In this document: positions 18,809 to 29,109 of the stretch, piece by piece
Layout of the letters: every line of letters begins with the position of its first letter
How positions within the stretch are numbered: the stretch's first letter is position 1
Assembly: GCA_963793035.1 (NCBI GenBank)
Contig: CAWBYI010000004.1
Coordinates: forward strand, 4,175-68,174
DNA length: 64,000 bases
Direction: 5' to 3'
DNA from: an uncultured Actinomycetes bacterium
GTDB lineage: Bacteria > Actinomycetota > Thermoleophilia > Gaiellales > Gaiellaceae
Position numbers and translations under genes: made by a program
Notes under the pieces: generated by a model
Database searches by the model: none
What the model was told of the DNA's origin: nothing
The model's input: the letters and a program-made list of their open reading frames with translations, nothing else

Positions 18809-20050
18809 TCAGTCGAGCTGCCAGACGTCGCCGCGGATGATCGGCGTCGCGTTGCCGTCCCGATCGAGCCCGTCGACGTCGACGTCTTCTCCGCCGATCA
18901 TGAAGTCGACGTGGATCCCTGAGACGTTGACCCCGTGCGCGAGGAGCTCGTCGCGCGGAATGTCGGCGTCGAGCGTCTCTGGCATGCCGTCGCCGAGCGC
19001 CATGTGGCAGGTCGCGTTCTCGTCGAAGAGCGTGTCGCAGAAGACGAGGCCGGTCCGCTTCACGGGCGAGGAGCCGTCCACGAGCGCGATCTCGCCGACG
19101 TACGGGGCCTGCTCGTCGGAAGCGATCTGCTGGCGGATGATCTCGGCGCCGGAGTCGGCGTTCACGTCGACGACCTTTCCGCCCTCGAACCGGAGCTCGA
19201 GGCCCGAGACGCGCGCTCCGGCCGTGAGCAGCGGATACGTCGAGCGGACCGTTCCCTCCGTGCGGCGCCAGTCCGGGCTCGTGAAGACCTCTTCCGTGGG
19301 GACGTTCGGGATGTGCTCGATCCCTTTCGCCGTCGACGTCGACGCGCACTGCCATTGCGTCCCGGGCAGGAGACCGACCTTGAGATCCGTTCCCGGACCG
19401 CTGAAGTGGAGAGCGTCGAAGCCCAGCTCGTTCAGCGCGTCCGCGCGGCGCTGGAGGTTCTCCGCATGCGCCTTCCACGCGGCGACGGGGTCCGCCTCGA
19501 AGAGCCGCGTCGCCGTGGCGACCGCGTCCCACAGGCGCTCGACGTCGGGCTCCCCGAAGACCTGCGTCGCCCAACCTTCGTTCGGCGCCGCGACGATGAC
19601 CCAGTTGATGTGGCGCCCCCGGATGCTCTCGAGATACGCGAGGCGGAGGTCCTTGGGCTCCGAACGGCCGACGAGCGCGGGATCGAGTCCGGCGAGCAGG
19701 TCGGGGTCGGGGTTTCCGGTGAGCGAGATGAGCGCGGGATTCTCCTCGTCCCAGCGGCCTACCCAGTCGAGCATGTAGGGGGCCGACCAGCCGAGCTCCT
19801 CCTCGGGGCCGAGCTCGATCGCCGCACGCCGCGTGTGGAGGTCGCCGTACTGGACGATCACGTGCTTCGCGCCCGCTCGGTACGCCTCGCGCACGATGGC
19901 TCGCGCGATCTCGGCGTGCTCGACGAGGCAGGTCACGACCACGTCCTGGCCGGGGTGCACGTTCGCGCCGACGCGCACCGCGAGCTCCGCGTAGCGCCGG
20001 AGGCGCTCGTCGCCGGTCAGCGCGACGGACGGGACGGGAGCCGCAGTCAT
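18809..20050 (-). CDS. M29 family aminopeptidase (AmpS/PepS-like)
   Basis: 413 aa. 'LRRYAELAVRVGANVHPGQDVVV', 'VIVQYGD' and 'HMALGDG' are typical of aminopeptidase T/S. Confidence 0.85.
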   Translation of the reverse strand: MTAAPVPSVALTGDERLRRYAELAVRVGANVHPGQDVVVTCLVEHAEIARAIVREAYRAGAKHVIVQYGDLHTRRAAIELGPEEELGWSAPYMLDWVGRWDEENPALISLTGNPDPDLLAGLDPALVGRSEPKDLRLAYLESIRGRHINWVIVAAPNEGWATQVFGEPDVERLWDAVATATRLFEADPVAAWKAHAENLQRRADALNELGFDALHFSGPGTDLKVGLLPGTQWQCASTSTAKGIEHIPNVPTEEVFTSPDWRRTEGTVRSTYPLLTAGARVSGLELRFEGGKVVDVNADSGAEIIRQQIASDEQAPYVGEIALVDGSSPVKRTGLVFCDTLFDENATCHMALGDGMPETLDADIPRDELLAHGVNVSGIHVDFMIGGEDVDVDGLDRDGNATPIIRGDVWQLD

Positions 20051-20075
20051 CGGCGCGACACCCGCGGGCGGGTGC

Positions 20076-20414
20076 TCAGTCGCCCCAGTCGAAGTCGCGT
20101 GGCCGGCCCGTCCAGAGCGCCTCGTCGAGGGCCGGGCCCTCGGCGACGTCCTCGACGGTCTCCTCGCCCGGCCACGGCAGCCGCTCGGAGCTCAGCTCGG
20201 CCGCCGGCTCGCCGTCGAGCGTCTCCTCGATCCGCGCCTGCTCCTCGCTCTTGAACAGCGGATGGTTCTCGAGCGGGTCGCCGTCGAGGTAGGGGTCGAG
20301 GGGCATGTCTCCGTCCAGCGTCGAGTTCCGCGCCTTGAGCTCGAGGTGCTCGCGGATCGCGTCAGCGAAGAGTGAAGCCGGGTCGGAGGTCGTGAAATCG
20401 AGGTCTTCGGGCAT
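20076..20414 (-). CDS. Acidic hypothetical protein (112 aa)
   Basis: Clean ORF with coding-like composition, immediately downstream of the aminopeptidase. No family recognised. Confidence 0.5.
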   Translation of the reverse strand: MPEDLDFTTSDPASLFADAIREHLELKARNSTLDGDMPLDPYLDGDPLENHPLFKSEEQARIEETLDGEPAAELSSERLPWPGEETVEDVAEGPALDEALWTGRPRDFDWGD

Positions 20415-20526
20415 GGGCTAAGCGACGGGGCAGTCTAGCTGACGGTACTTCCGAAACCGGCTTCTAGCAACGGCTCTCGACACATTCGGCACGTTTGCGA
20501 ACGAGCTCCGTGTGCGAGGATGCAGC

Positions 20527-20691
20527 ATGTTCTTCGCCCGCAGGATCGTCATCGCGCTGCTGCTCGCGGCGTTCCGGATCTGGCGTCGGCTGCCCCCCGA
20601 GGAGCGGCGCCGTGTGCTCGACCAGGTGCGCACGCACGGGCCTCGCGTCGCGGCCTCGCTCAGGGAGCGGGCACGCGGCGGGCGCGCGTAG
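20527..20691 (+). CDS. Small hypothetical membrane-anchored protein (54 aa)
   Basis: Not in the track in this frame. GAGGA lies ~8 nt upstream of the ATG. It reads 'MFFARRIVIALLLAAFRIWRRLPPEERRRVLDQVRTHGPRVAASLRERARGGRA'. Confidence 0.3.
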   Translation: MFFARRIVIALLLAAFRIWRRLPPEERRRVLDQVRTHGPRVAASLRERARGGRA

Positions 20692-20697
20692 ATACGT

Positions 20698-23646
20698 CTA
20701 GAGAGCGCCCAGCGCCTCGCGGACGATCCGGTCCTGCTCGCGCTGGTGGAGCGTCGGGTAGCCCTCGCTCGGGCTCGCGCGCCACGGACGCCCGATGTAG
20801 CTGACCCGGTCGGCGCGGGAACTCGACGCCGCTTCCTCGAGGCGATGGCGGATCGAGCGCCAGGCGCCCATGTTCTGCGGCTCCTCCTGGGCCCACACGA
20901 TCTCCTGCAGATTGGGATAGGCGCCGACGAGATCGCGGACCTGGTCGAGCGGGAACGGGTACAGGAACTCGATGCGCGCCACCGCCACGTTCGGCGCCGC
21001 GTCGCGCGCCTCGTGGCCGACGATGTCGTAGTAGAGCTTCCCGGTCGTCAGGACGAGCCGGCGCACGTCCTCCGGCTGCACGGAGGAATCTCCGAGCACC
21101 GGCTTGAACGACCCGCTCGAGAGCTCGTCGAGCGTGGACGTCGCATGACGGAGCCGGAGCAGGCCTTTCGGCGTCATCACGACGAGCGGACGGGCGGTCG
21201 CATCGAGCGCCTGCCGGCGGAGCAGGTGGAAGAACTGCGCCGCGGTCGTCGTGTTCGCGATGCGGATGTTCTCCTGCGCCGCGAGCTGGAGGAACCGCTC
21301 GAGGCGCGCGCTCGAGTGCTCGGGGCCGTTCCCCTCGTAGCCGTGCGGCAGCAGCAGGGTAAGACGTGAGGTCTGGCCCCACTTCGAGCGGCCCGAGACC
21401 ATGAACTGGTCGACGACGATCTGGGCGCCGTTGATGAAGTCCCCGAACTGCGCCTCCCAGAGCACGAGTGCATCGGGCGCGGCGATCGAGTACCCGTACT
21501 CGAACGCGAGCGGCGCGTACTCGGAGAGCGGCGAGTTGTAGATCTCGAACGACGCGGCCGCGGTCGGCAGGTTCTGGAGCGGCGTGTACGTCTCGCCCGA
21601 GACGGGGTCGTGGAGCACCGCGTGCCGGTGCGAGAACGTGCCGCGCTCCGTGTCCTGGCCGGAGAGCCGGATCGGGATGCCCTCGCCGAGGAGCGAGGCG
21701 AACGCAAGCGACTCGGCCTGGCCCCAGTCGATGCCTCCCTCCCGCATGGCCTCACGCCGCCGCTCGAGCTGCTTCGCGAGCTTCGGGTTCACGGTGAAGC
21801 CCTCCGGTACCGCTAGGAGCTGCTCGTTGAGCTCGGTCAGGCGGTCGGCCGGAACGGCGGTGACGACCGCGGCACCGGTGTCCATGAGTGGACGCCGCTC
21901 GAGCGGCTGCTCGGGCGTCGCCAACGACGTCTTCAGCTCGTCGTGCGCCTCTCGCACGCGACGAAGGGTCTCGTCGAAGAGCTCCGTCGCCTCCTCGTCA
22001 GTCATGACGCCGTCGGAGACGAGCCACGCCGCATAGCGCTCGCGCACGGTCGGCTGCCGCTCGATGCGCTCGGCCATGAGCGGCTGCGTGTACGAGGCCT
22101 CGTCCTGCTCGTTGTGCCCGAAGCGCCGGTAGCCGACGAGGTCGATCACGACGTCGTGGCCGAACTCCTCGCGGAAGGCGAGCGCGAGCCGTGCGGAAGC
22201 CAGCGCGGCCTCGGGATCGTCGGCGTTGACATGGATGATCGGGACGTCGAAGCCCTTCGCGAGGTCGCTCGAGTACCGCGTCGAGCGCCCTTCGGCGGGG
22301 TCGGTCGTGAAGCCGACCTGGTTGTTGACGATGACATGCAGCGTCCCGCCCGTCGAGTAGCCGTCGACCGAGTGCAGGTTGAACGTCTCCGCGACCACGC
22401 CCTGGCCGGGGAATGACGCGTCGCCGTGGATCAGGATGGGGAGCGCCACCGTCGGGTCGTGGAAGCCCGCGCCGCGCGAGCGGTCGGTCTGCTCCGCGCG
22501 CGCACGGCCGACGACGACCGGGTCCACCGCCTCGAGGTGGCTCGGGTTCGGCGAGAGCGTGACCTGGATCTCGCCGGTGCGGGTCTGGCGCGACTCCGAC
22601 GCGGCGAGGTGGTACTTCACGTCGCCCGTGCCACCTTCCGGGTCGGAGATGAGCGCGTCGATCGTGCGCTCGCCCTCGAACTCGCGCAGGATCGAGGCGT
22701 AGTCGCGGCCCACCGTGTGCGTGAGGACGTTGAGCCGGCCGCGGTGCGCGATGCCGATGACGACCTCGTGGGCGCCGCCCTCGGCCCCGAGCTCGATCGC
22801 CTCGTCGAGCATCGGCACGAGCGAGTCGAGACCTTCGATCGAGAACTGCTTTTGCCCGAGGAACGCGCGACGGAGGTACGTCTCGAACGCCTCGACCTGC
22901 GAGAGCCGCTCGAGCAGCTGCTTCCGCTCCTCCGCGTCGAGCTCCTTGCGGAAGCGGCCGGACTCGATCGCCTGCCTGAGCCAGACGCGCTCCGCGTGAT
23001 CCGAGATGTGCTCGATCTCGTAGGCGATCGTCCCGGTGTAGACCTCGCGGAGCCGCGGGAGGACGTCGAGCAGCGTCTCGCCGGGGACGTACAGGCGCAG
23101 CAGCTTGGCGGGAATGCGCGCCTGGAGCTCGGGCGTCAGCGCCGGACGAAGCCTCGACTCGTCGAGCGCGGGGTCGCCCATCGGCTCCGAGCCGAGCGGG
23201 TCGAGCCGGGCGTTCAGGTGACCGTGCGTGCGGTAGGCCTTCACGAGCGCCATCGCGGCCGCGACGCCGCCGAGCAGCTCCTCGTCGACGGCAGCCGGTG
23301 TCGGGCGCCTCCTCGGCGAGCTCCTCGCCTGCAGCGGCGGTCGAGGGCGGGACCCTCCTCTACCTCCACCGGCTCTTCCGGCGCGGCGGCGGGCGCTGGC
23401 GCGACCTCGACGGGGGGGCGCGGGAGGCGGCGGGGCCACGGCGGCCGCGCCGCCGTTTCCACCGTTCCCCGCCTGCGACTCGACGAGCCGCGCGAGGCCG
23501 GGAAGGGAGGCGAGAACGTCGCCGTCGCCGCGCTCGAAGAACTCGCGCCAGGCGGGGTCGACCGCTTCGGGGTTCTCGAGGTACTGCTCGAGCAGCGAGC
23601 CGACGTAGCCTGCGTTCAGGTCGGATTGCTTGGCGGAAGTCGCCAC
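20698..23646 (-). CDS. sucA: 2-oxoglutarate dehydrogenase E1 component. The linker region is locally out of frame (three compensating frameshifts around 23290-23420).
   Basis: 'SAKQSDLNAGYVGSLLEQYLENPEAVDPAWREFF', 'RTHGHLNARLDPLG' and the ThDP region 'PILIHGDASFPGQGVVAETFNL' are present. GTG 23646 follows AAGGAG. The linker reads naturally as 'PVEVAPAPAAAPEEPVEVEEGPPSTAAAGEELAEEAPDTAAVDEELLGG' only by switching frames, once at the G8 run 23408-23415. Confidence 0.85.
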   Translation of the reverse strand: MATSAKQSDLNAGYVGSLLEQYLENPEAVDPAWREFFERGDGDVLASLPGLARLVESQAGNGGNGGAAAVAPPPPAPPRRGRASARRRAGRAGGGRGGSRPRPPLQARSSPRRRPTPAAVDEELLGGVAAAMALVKAYRTHGHLNARLDPLGSEPMGDPALDESRLRPALTPELQARIPAKLLRLYVPGETLLDVLPRLREVYTGTIAYEIEHISDHAERVWLRQAIESGRFRKELDAEERKQLLERLSQVEAFETYLRRAFLGQKQFSIEGLDSLVPMLDEAIELGAEGGAHEVVIGIAHRGRLNVLTHTVGRDYASILREFEGERTIDALISDPEGGTGDVKYHLAASESRQTRTGEIQVTLSPNPSHLEAVDPVVVGRARAEQTDRSRGAGFHDPTVALPILIHGDASFPGQGVVAETFNLHSVDGYSTGGTLHVIVNNQVGFTTDPAEGRSTRYSSDLAKGFDVPIIHVNADDPEAALASARLALAFREEFGHDVVIDLVGYRRFGHNEQDEASYTQPLMAERIERQPTVRERYAAWLVSDGVMTDEEATELFDETLRRVREAHDELKTSLATPEQPLERRPLMDTGAAVVTAVPADRLTELNEQLLAVPEGFTVNPKLAKQLERRREAMREGGIDWGQAESLAFASLLGEGIPIRLSGQDTERGTFSHRHAVLHDPVSGETYTPLQNLPTAAASFEIYNSPLSEYAPLAFEYGYSIAAPDALVLWEAQFGDFINGAQIVVDQFMVSGRSKWGQTSRLTLLLPHGYEGNGPEHSSARLERFLQLAAQENIRIANTTTAAQFFHLLRRQALDATARPLVVMTPKGLLRLRHATSTLDELSSGSFKPVLGDSSVQPEDVRRLVLTTGKLYYDIVGHEARDAAPNVAVARIEFLYPFPLDQVRDLVGAYPNLQEIVWAQEEPQNMGAWRSIRHRLEEAASSSRADRVSYIGRPWRASPSEGYPTLHQREQDRIVREALGAL

Positions 23647-23884
23647 GACTCCTTTGTACCAGGGTGGAGGCACCGCTCCTCCCCGCAGAGGGAAGCGGGG
23701 CCCGGCCGAGAGCATCTCGGCGACCGGGTTCCCGACGCACCGCGACCTGGGAGCCGACCCTGAAGAGCGACCTTGGTCTGCGTGTTCGAGCTGACAACGA
23801 GAACGGGTATAGGATCAGCCCGCAGATCGCCGGCCCCAGCCCTGCGATCCCAGCGTCCACCACCGATTCCGTGGAGGTCACGCG

Positions 23885-25621
23885 ATGAGCCGACTTCGGC
23901 GTTCCCTTGTTCTTACGACCATGCTGGCCCTCTTGCTCGGGGTATCCGGCGTCGCGCTGAGCGGCATCGCCGAGGACCCGACGAATACCAAGGTCGCCGG
24001 CGTTGACGTCGACGCGACGACGATCCCGGAGCTCCAGGAGCTGATGAACTCGGGCCGGCTGAGCTCCGTCGACCTGACGAACTTCTACGTCAAGCGCATC
24101 AACCAGCTCCAGAAGGAGCTCCACGCGGTGATCACGATCAGCCCGACGGCCCGCGCCGACGCGCGAGCAGCCGACCAGGCGCGAAGCAACGGCGACGACC
24201 GTCCGCTGCTCGGGATTCCGATCATCGTCAAGGACAACGTCAACACCACCGGCATGCCGACGACAGCCGGCTCCTTCGCACTCGCCAAGAGCACCCCCGC
24301 GGACGCGTTCATCGCGGCGAAGCTGAAGGCCGCAGGCGCGATCATCATCGGCAAGGCCAACCTGTCCGAGTGGGCCAACTTCCGTTCCGGCCCCTCGTCG
24401 AGCGGCTGGAGCGGCATTGAAGGCCAGACGAACATGCCGTACGTCCTCGATCGCAACCCGTGCGGCTCGAGCTCCGGCTCCGGCGTCGTCGCGGCTGCCG
24501 ATCTCGCGGTCGCCGCGGTCGGCACTGAGACGGACGGCTCGATCGTCTGCCCGTCGGGCGCCAACGGCGTCGTCGGGATCAAGCCGACCCTCGGGCTGTG
24601 GAGCCGTGCAGGCGTGATTCCGATCAGCGCCGACCAGGACACGGCCGGCCCGATGGCCCGCAACGTGACGGATGCCGCCGTCCTCCTCGGCGCAGCTACC
24701 GGCATCGACCCGGCGGACGCCGCAACGGCCGAGCAAGCCGGCCACGCTTTCACCGACTACACCGAGTTCCTCGATGACGAGGCGCTCGATGGGGCTCGCA
24801 TCGGTGTCTGGCGCGCCGGTACCTATGACCCGGCGCTGGTCGGGCCGGTCGTCGAGCCGATCCTCGACGACGTGACGGAAGCACTCGAGAACGAAGGTGC
24901 GACCGTCATCGAGGGGACCGACATCGACCTGTCGGCGACGGCCAACGAGTTCCCAGCGCTCCTCTGCGAGTTCAAGACGGACATCGCGACGTACCTCCAG
25001 ACCTACGTCCACGGGACGAACCCGAAGACCCCCGGACGGGCGTATCCGCAGACGCTCGCCGAGCTGATCGCGTTCAACCAGCGCCATCCCAGGCTGGAGG
25101 GTCCCTGGAACGACGCGGTCTTCGAGGCTGCCGAGGCGACGAACGGCCGCGACGCCGCATGCGCGGCCCTCCGGGAGGCGACGACGCCGCCCGTTCAGGA
25201 CGCGATCGACGAGCTCATGGCCGACAACGACCTCGACGCGATCATCGCCCTGACGAACGGTCCCGCCTGGCCCACGAACGACGACCCCGCCGAGGGCGAC
25301 CTCGACGGCCACTTCGAGTTCTTCGTCGGCTCGTCGTCGGCGGCCGCGGTGTCGGGCTACGCCGACATCACGGTGCCCGCCGCCTACATCGAGGGCCTGC
25401 CGATCGGGATCACCTTCATCGGCGGCCGCTGGGCCGAACCGGAGTTGCTCGGGCTTGCCTACGACTACGAGCAGGCGACGAAGGTTCGTGTTCCGCCGAA
25501 GTTCATCCCGACGATCGGCGACGCTCTGTTCCCCGGCGTCCCGAATCCGCCGGATCTGCTGCGGGCGCAGCCGCAGCAGCCGACTCAGGGTCAGCGCGAT
25601 CTCGTCGTGCGCTTCCGCTAG
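23885..25621 (+). CDS. Secreted amidase (amidase-signature family)
   Basis: Signal peptide, then 'GIPIIVKDNVNT' and 'GGSSSGSG'-type AS motifs ('CGSSSGSGVVAA', 'GTETDGSIVCP'). Confidence 0.9.
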   Translation: MSRLRRSLVLTTMLALLLGVSGVALSGIAEDPTNTKVAGVDVDATTIPELQELMNSGRLSSVDLTNFYVKRINQLQKELHAVITISPTARADARAADQARSNGDDRPLLGIPIIVKDNVNTTGMPTTAGSFALAKSTPADAFIAAKLKAAGAIIIGKANLSEWANFRSGPSSSGWSGIEGQTNMPYVLDRNPCGSSSGSGVVAAADLAVAAVGTETDGSIVCPSGANGVVGIKPTLGLWSRAGVIPISADQDTAGPMARNVTDAAVLLGAATGIDPADAATAEQAGHAFTDYTEFLDDEALDGARIGVWRAGTYDPALVGPVVEPILDDVTEALENEGATVIEGTDIDLSATANEFPALLCEFKTDIATYLQTYVHGTNPKTPGRAYPQTLAELIAFNQRHPRLEGPWNDAVFEAAEATNGRDAACAALREATTPPVQDAIDELMADNDLDAIIALTNGPAWPTNDDPAEGDLDGHFEFFVGSSSAAAVSGYADITVPAAYIEGLPIGITFIGGRWAEPELLGLAYDYEQATKVRVPPKFIPTIGDALFPGVPNPPDLLRAQPQQPTQGQRDLVVRFR

Positions 25622-25642
25622 GAGGCACGTCACGGAGACAAC

Positions 25643-25668
25643 GAAGCCCGGCCACTCGGCCGGGCTTC
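25643..25668. terminator. Bidirectional hairpin between convergent genes
   Basis: GAAGCCCGGCC-ACTC-GGCCGGGCTTC, a perfect 11-bp stem, followed by GTGCTGTT on the plus strand. Confidence 0.55.
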
Positions 25669-25711
25669 GTGCTGTTGGCCGCCTGCGTGCCGAGGCGGCT
25701 CAGAACGGCAG

Positions 25712-25972
25712 CTAGAAGAGCGCGTTGTCCGTCGAGATGGCGACGGTCATCCCGACGAGAAAGGCGGTCGTCGCGATGCCGACGGTCCACGCTGCGAGTT
25801 TCTGATGCGCCTCGCTCATGCGCGCGGCGACGATGCCCACGAGGATCGCGACCGGCGCCAGCAGCGCGGGGGTGCGGGCGATCGCGACGAGGGACAACGC
25901 GAGCGCGAATGCGCAGAGGAACCCTGCGATCCTGTCCGCGGGACGCGGCTGGTGCTGCGGGACGGCGCTCAT
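25712..25972 (-). CDS. Small membrane protein (86 aa)
   Basis: 'MSAVPQHQPRPADRIAGFLCAFALALSLVAIARTPALLAPVAILVGIVAA...' has three hydrophobic helices. The ATG overlaps the upstream stop (ATGA). Confidence 0.55.
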   Translation of the reverse strand: MSAVPQHQPRPADRIAGFLCAFALALSLVAIARTPALLAPVAILVGIVAARMSEAHQKLAAWTVGIATTAFLVGMTVAISTDNALF

Positions 25973-26208
25973 GCGGCGTCGGCCAGGACCTGCTGCGCTC
26001 GGAGGCGAGGAATCCAGCTGTTGGGGCGAACGGGCCGACCGCCGCGACCGCCACCTCGGCCGCGCTTCCAGTCGTCCCATCCGCAGGGCGTCAGGGAGAC
26101 GGGTGCGCCGCCGTCCCCGGAGCCGCTCTCAGCGGTGGGCTCGGCACGAATGGCCCACCACACGACCACGCAGAGATAGATCAAGGGGATCTTGAGGACG
26201 AGGAGCAT
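25969..26208 (-). CDS. Small membrane protein (~79 aa)
   Basis: 'MLLVLKIPLIYLCVVVWWAIRAEP...'. It is translationally coupled to the next gene. The start is either 26208 ATG or 26235 GTG. Confidence 0.45.
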   Translation of the reverse strand: MLLVLKIPLIYLCVVVWWAIRAEPTAESGSGDGGAPVSLTPCGWDDWKRGRGGGRGGRPVRPNSWIPRLRAQQVLADAA

Positions 26209-26381
26209 GAAGATGCCTTCCCAGGCCGCGTCCACGGAGTGAGTTTACGCGAACCCGTGTCGGGCACTCTCGGCGGGCGCTCCGGTTCTAACACGACGCT
26301 CACACTCGAGCCGCTAGGGTGCCGCGAAGTCCTCGTGCCGTTCGCTCCCCCACCTTCATCCACCGACCGCCGAGACCCCAC

Positions 26382-27800
26382 ATGAGACGCACAGTCCGCC
26401 TTGCCCTGATCCTGTCCGTGCTTGCTGCCGTCCTGGCGCCTGCGACCATGGCCGCCGAGCGCATGTGGGTCGGATTCCACGACGACCCCAGCTACCGCTG
26501 GGTCAACGACCGCGAAGTGCGGATCGACCGCTCCGCGAGCGACGGCTCGACGATCGTCCGGCTCCTCGTACAGTGGAACCTCGTCGCGCCGCAGCGCCCG
26601 AACCGGGCCACCGACCCGTTCGACCCCGTCTATCGCCTCGACGACATCGACGAGGCGGCGCGCTCGGCCCAGGCGATGGACCAGGAGGTCATGCTCACGA
26701 TCTCGGGCACGCCGCGCTGGGCGAACGGCGGGCAGAACCCGAATCGCATGCCGCGAAACCTCCGCGACCTCACGAACTTCACGCGCGCGATCGCGGCGCG
26801 CTACTCGGGGCGCAACCCTGGCTACCCCTACGTCCGCTTCTGGTCGGTCTGGAACGAGCCGAACCTGCAGCGGTTCCTCGCTCCGCAGTTCGACAGCAAG
26901 GGCCGCTCCGTCGCGCCCGCGAACTACGCGAAGCTGTACGCGGCCGCCTACGCAGGGCTCAAGGCCGGCAACCGGACCGCGCAGGTGGCGATCGGCGAGA
27001 CCTCCGCCCGCGGTAGCGACAAGCCGACGGGCATTCGCCCGACGCACTCGCCCGGCAAGTTCGCGGAGCTCGTGGCAAAGGCGAACCCGCGCCTCAAGTT
27101 CTCGGCCTGGGCACACCACCCGTATCCGTCGACGCCGAACCTCCGGCCCGGCCAGATCGTGCGGTGGCCGAACGTCTCGCTGGCCTCCCTGCCGCGCTTC
27201 CAGCAGAGCCTGAAGCGCTGGTTCCGCCAAAGCAACCCGCAGATCTGGGTCACGGAGTACGGGCACCAGACGCGGCCGCAGGATTCGCTCGGCGTGAGCT
27301 ACGCAACGCAGTCCGCGTACATCACGCAGGCGATCAACCTCGCGAAGCGCTACCCGTTCGTCGGGATGTTCATCTGGTTCGTCTACCAGGACGACCAGGG
27401 GCAGGAGTGGGAGTCGGGCCTCTACACGCAGAACGGGACGCCGAAGGGACGGTCGCCGGACCGGTTCTCCGCGAGCGCGCGGCCGCTCGACGCCCGGAAC
27501 TCCGTCTACACGTTCCGCCGAGGGACGACGACGCCGCTCGTCAAGCTCTACACCCGCCGCTACTGCGTCGCGGACAAGCCCGGCACCGGAATCGGGATGA
27601 CCTGGCGCGTGTACCGCGGCAGCAGGCTTCTGGCCGTCGACCAGCAGACGTCGCCGCTCCAGCGGGACTGCACGATCTCCGCCCGCCTGCGCTTCCCGGG
27701 CGGCGGCATCGCCCGGGGCGTGACCTACACGGCGACGTTCGAGCTGAACGACATCAACGGCGACAAGCTGAACCGTCGCCTGACGATCCGCGGCACCTAG
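26382..27800 (+). CDS. Secreted clan-A glycoside-hydrolase-like protein (paralog of 17339-18761)
   Basis: Signal peptide 'MRRTVRLALILSVLAAVLAPATMAAE', plus 'SVWNEPN' and 'IWVTEYGHQ'. It is collinear with the other copy along the whole catalytic domain. Confidence 0.8.
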   Translation: MRRTVRLALILSVLAAVLAPATMAAERMWVGFHDDPSYRWVNDREVRIDRSASDGSTIVRLLVQWNLVAPQRPNRATDPFDPVYRLDDIDEAARSAQAMDQEVMLTISGTPRWANGGQNPNRMPRNLRDLTNFTRAIAARYSGRNPGYPYVRFWSVWNEPNLQRFLAPQFDSKGRSVAPANYAKLYAAAYAGLKAGNRTAQVAIGETSARGSDKPTGIRPTHSPGKFAELVAKANPRLKFSAWAHHPYPSTPNLRPGQIVRWPNVSLASLPRFQQSLKRWFRQSNPQIWVTEYGHQTRPQDSLGVSYATQSAYITQAINLAKRYPFVGMFIWFVYQDDQGQEWESGLYTQNGTPKGRSPDRFSASARPLDARNSVYTFRRGTTTPLVKLYTRRYCVADKPGTGIGMTWRVYRGSRLLAVDQQTSPLQRDCTISARLRFPGGGIARGVTYTATFELNDINGDKLNRRLTIRGT

Positions 27801-27831
27801 CCCTAAGCGTCACGCCCAGCTGCCGCTCGCT

Positions 27832-29027
27832 TCAGAGGTGGCTCGTCACACCGGCGAGGTCCGCATCGTCCGAGGGCGGGTCGTACCACGACAGCGCGTA
27901 GTGCCCGTCGTCGAGGTCGCGTGCGAGCGTCGACAGCTTGAGCGGCCGGAACGTGTCGCACATGACGGCGAGCTCCGTCGTCTCGCGCACGCCGAGCGCC
28001 TTCTCCGCGAGGCCGGGTGCCGGTCCATGCGGGAGGCCGGACGGATGCAGCGTGATCGACCCGACCGAGACGCCCTTGCGCGAGCCGAAGTTCCCGGACA
28101 CGTAATAGATCATCTCCTCGCTCTGGAGATTGCTGTGGTGATACGGGATCGGCACGGAATCCGGGTCGAAGTCGAGGTGCCGCGGGCAGAACGAGCAGAT
28201 GACGAAGTTCGGCCCCTGGAACGTCTGGTGCGATGGCGGCGGCTGATGGATGCGGCCCGTGATCGGCTCGAAGTCGTGGATCGAGAACGTCCACGGGTAG
28301 AGATAGCCGTCCCAGCCCACGACGTCGAAGGGGTGGTAGTCGAGGACGTAGTCCTGGTAGCCCCGCCGGACACGCACCTTCACCAGGAACTCGCCCTCGT
28401 CGCGGTGCGTCTTGAGCTCCGCCGGCGGGTGGATGTCCCGGTGGTAGTACGGCGCGCCCTCGAGGATCTGCCCGTACTGGTTGCGATAGCGCCGTGGGAT
28501 CTCGATGAGGCCGGGCGTCTCGAAGACGAGGTACCGCTGCGGCGGCCCTCGGGGACGAACCGGTATGTCGTACCGCGCGGGATGACGACGTAGTCGCCGT
28601 CCTTGTACAGGACCTCGCCGAACGTCGTCTCGAGCGTACCGCTGCCCTCGTGGACGAAGACGACCTCGTCGCCCTCGCCGTTTCGGAAGAAGTAGTCCAT
28701 GGTCGTCTCGGGCCGGCAGAGCGAGATCTCGACGTCGTCGTTCCACATCAGTGTCCGGCGGCCTGAGATCTCGTCGCCCTCCGACGCGACGTCGTACGTG
28801 TTCATGCGCCGGTGCGCATGCGCCTCGGGAACCCACTCCTCGCGCTCGATCGGCGTGAACGCACCGAGCTCCTTCACCCGGCACGGGGACTGGAGGTGGT
28901 AGAGGATCGACTCGTTCCCGGTGAAGCCCTCGAGGCCCATCACCTCCTCGGTGAGGAGCCGTCCGTTCTCGCGGAAGACGATGTGGCGCTTCCGTGGCAC
29001 GTCGCCGCGGCGCTGGTAGAAGGGCAT
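27832..29027 (-). pseudogene. hmgA: Homogentisate 1,2-dioxygenase, one frameshift near 28548-28554
   Basis: The N-terminal 28380-29027 frame ('MPFYQRRGDVPRKRH...YVVIPRGTTYRFVPEG') joins the 27832-28884 frame ('PPQRYLVFETPGLIEIPRRY...HHSNLQSEEMIYYV...ITLHPSGLPHGP') if one G is added to the ggg run. Confidence 0.85.
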
Positions 29028-29083
29028 GGCCGTCCCTTTCCGTTTCGCTGTCAGAGAGGTTCTAGCGAACCACGCCCCAGGGC

Positions 29084-29109
29084 GGGGCCGGACAGGTCCC
29101 GGCCCCTAC
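29084..29109 (-). repeat. REP-like palindromic element overlapping a TAG stop codon (imperfect copy)
   Basis: GGGGCCGGACAGGTCCCGGCCCCTAC. The CTA at 29106-29108 is the permease stop. It is related to the copies at 48405-48430 and 51315-51340. Confidence 0.6.

Noticed and set aside
17352-19778. 808-aa plus-strand ORF. Similar very long ORFs occur at 23360-25633(-), 39579-42422(+), 36956-38968(+), 32486-34174(+), 30425-32245(+), 48486-50144(+), 59342-61915(+) and 56966-58627(+).
   Set aside because: All are antisense or alternate-frame to genes with clear family motifs. They are Arg/Ala/Pro/Gly-rich with no motifs. They are stop-poor shadow frames expected at ~70% GC.
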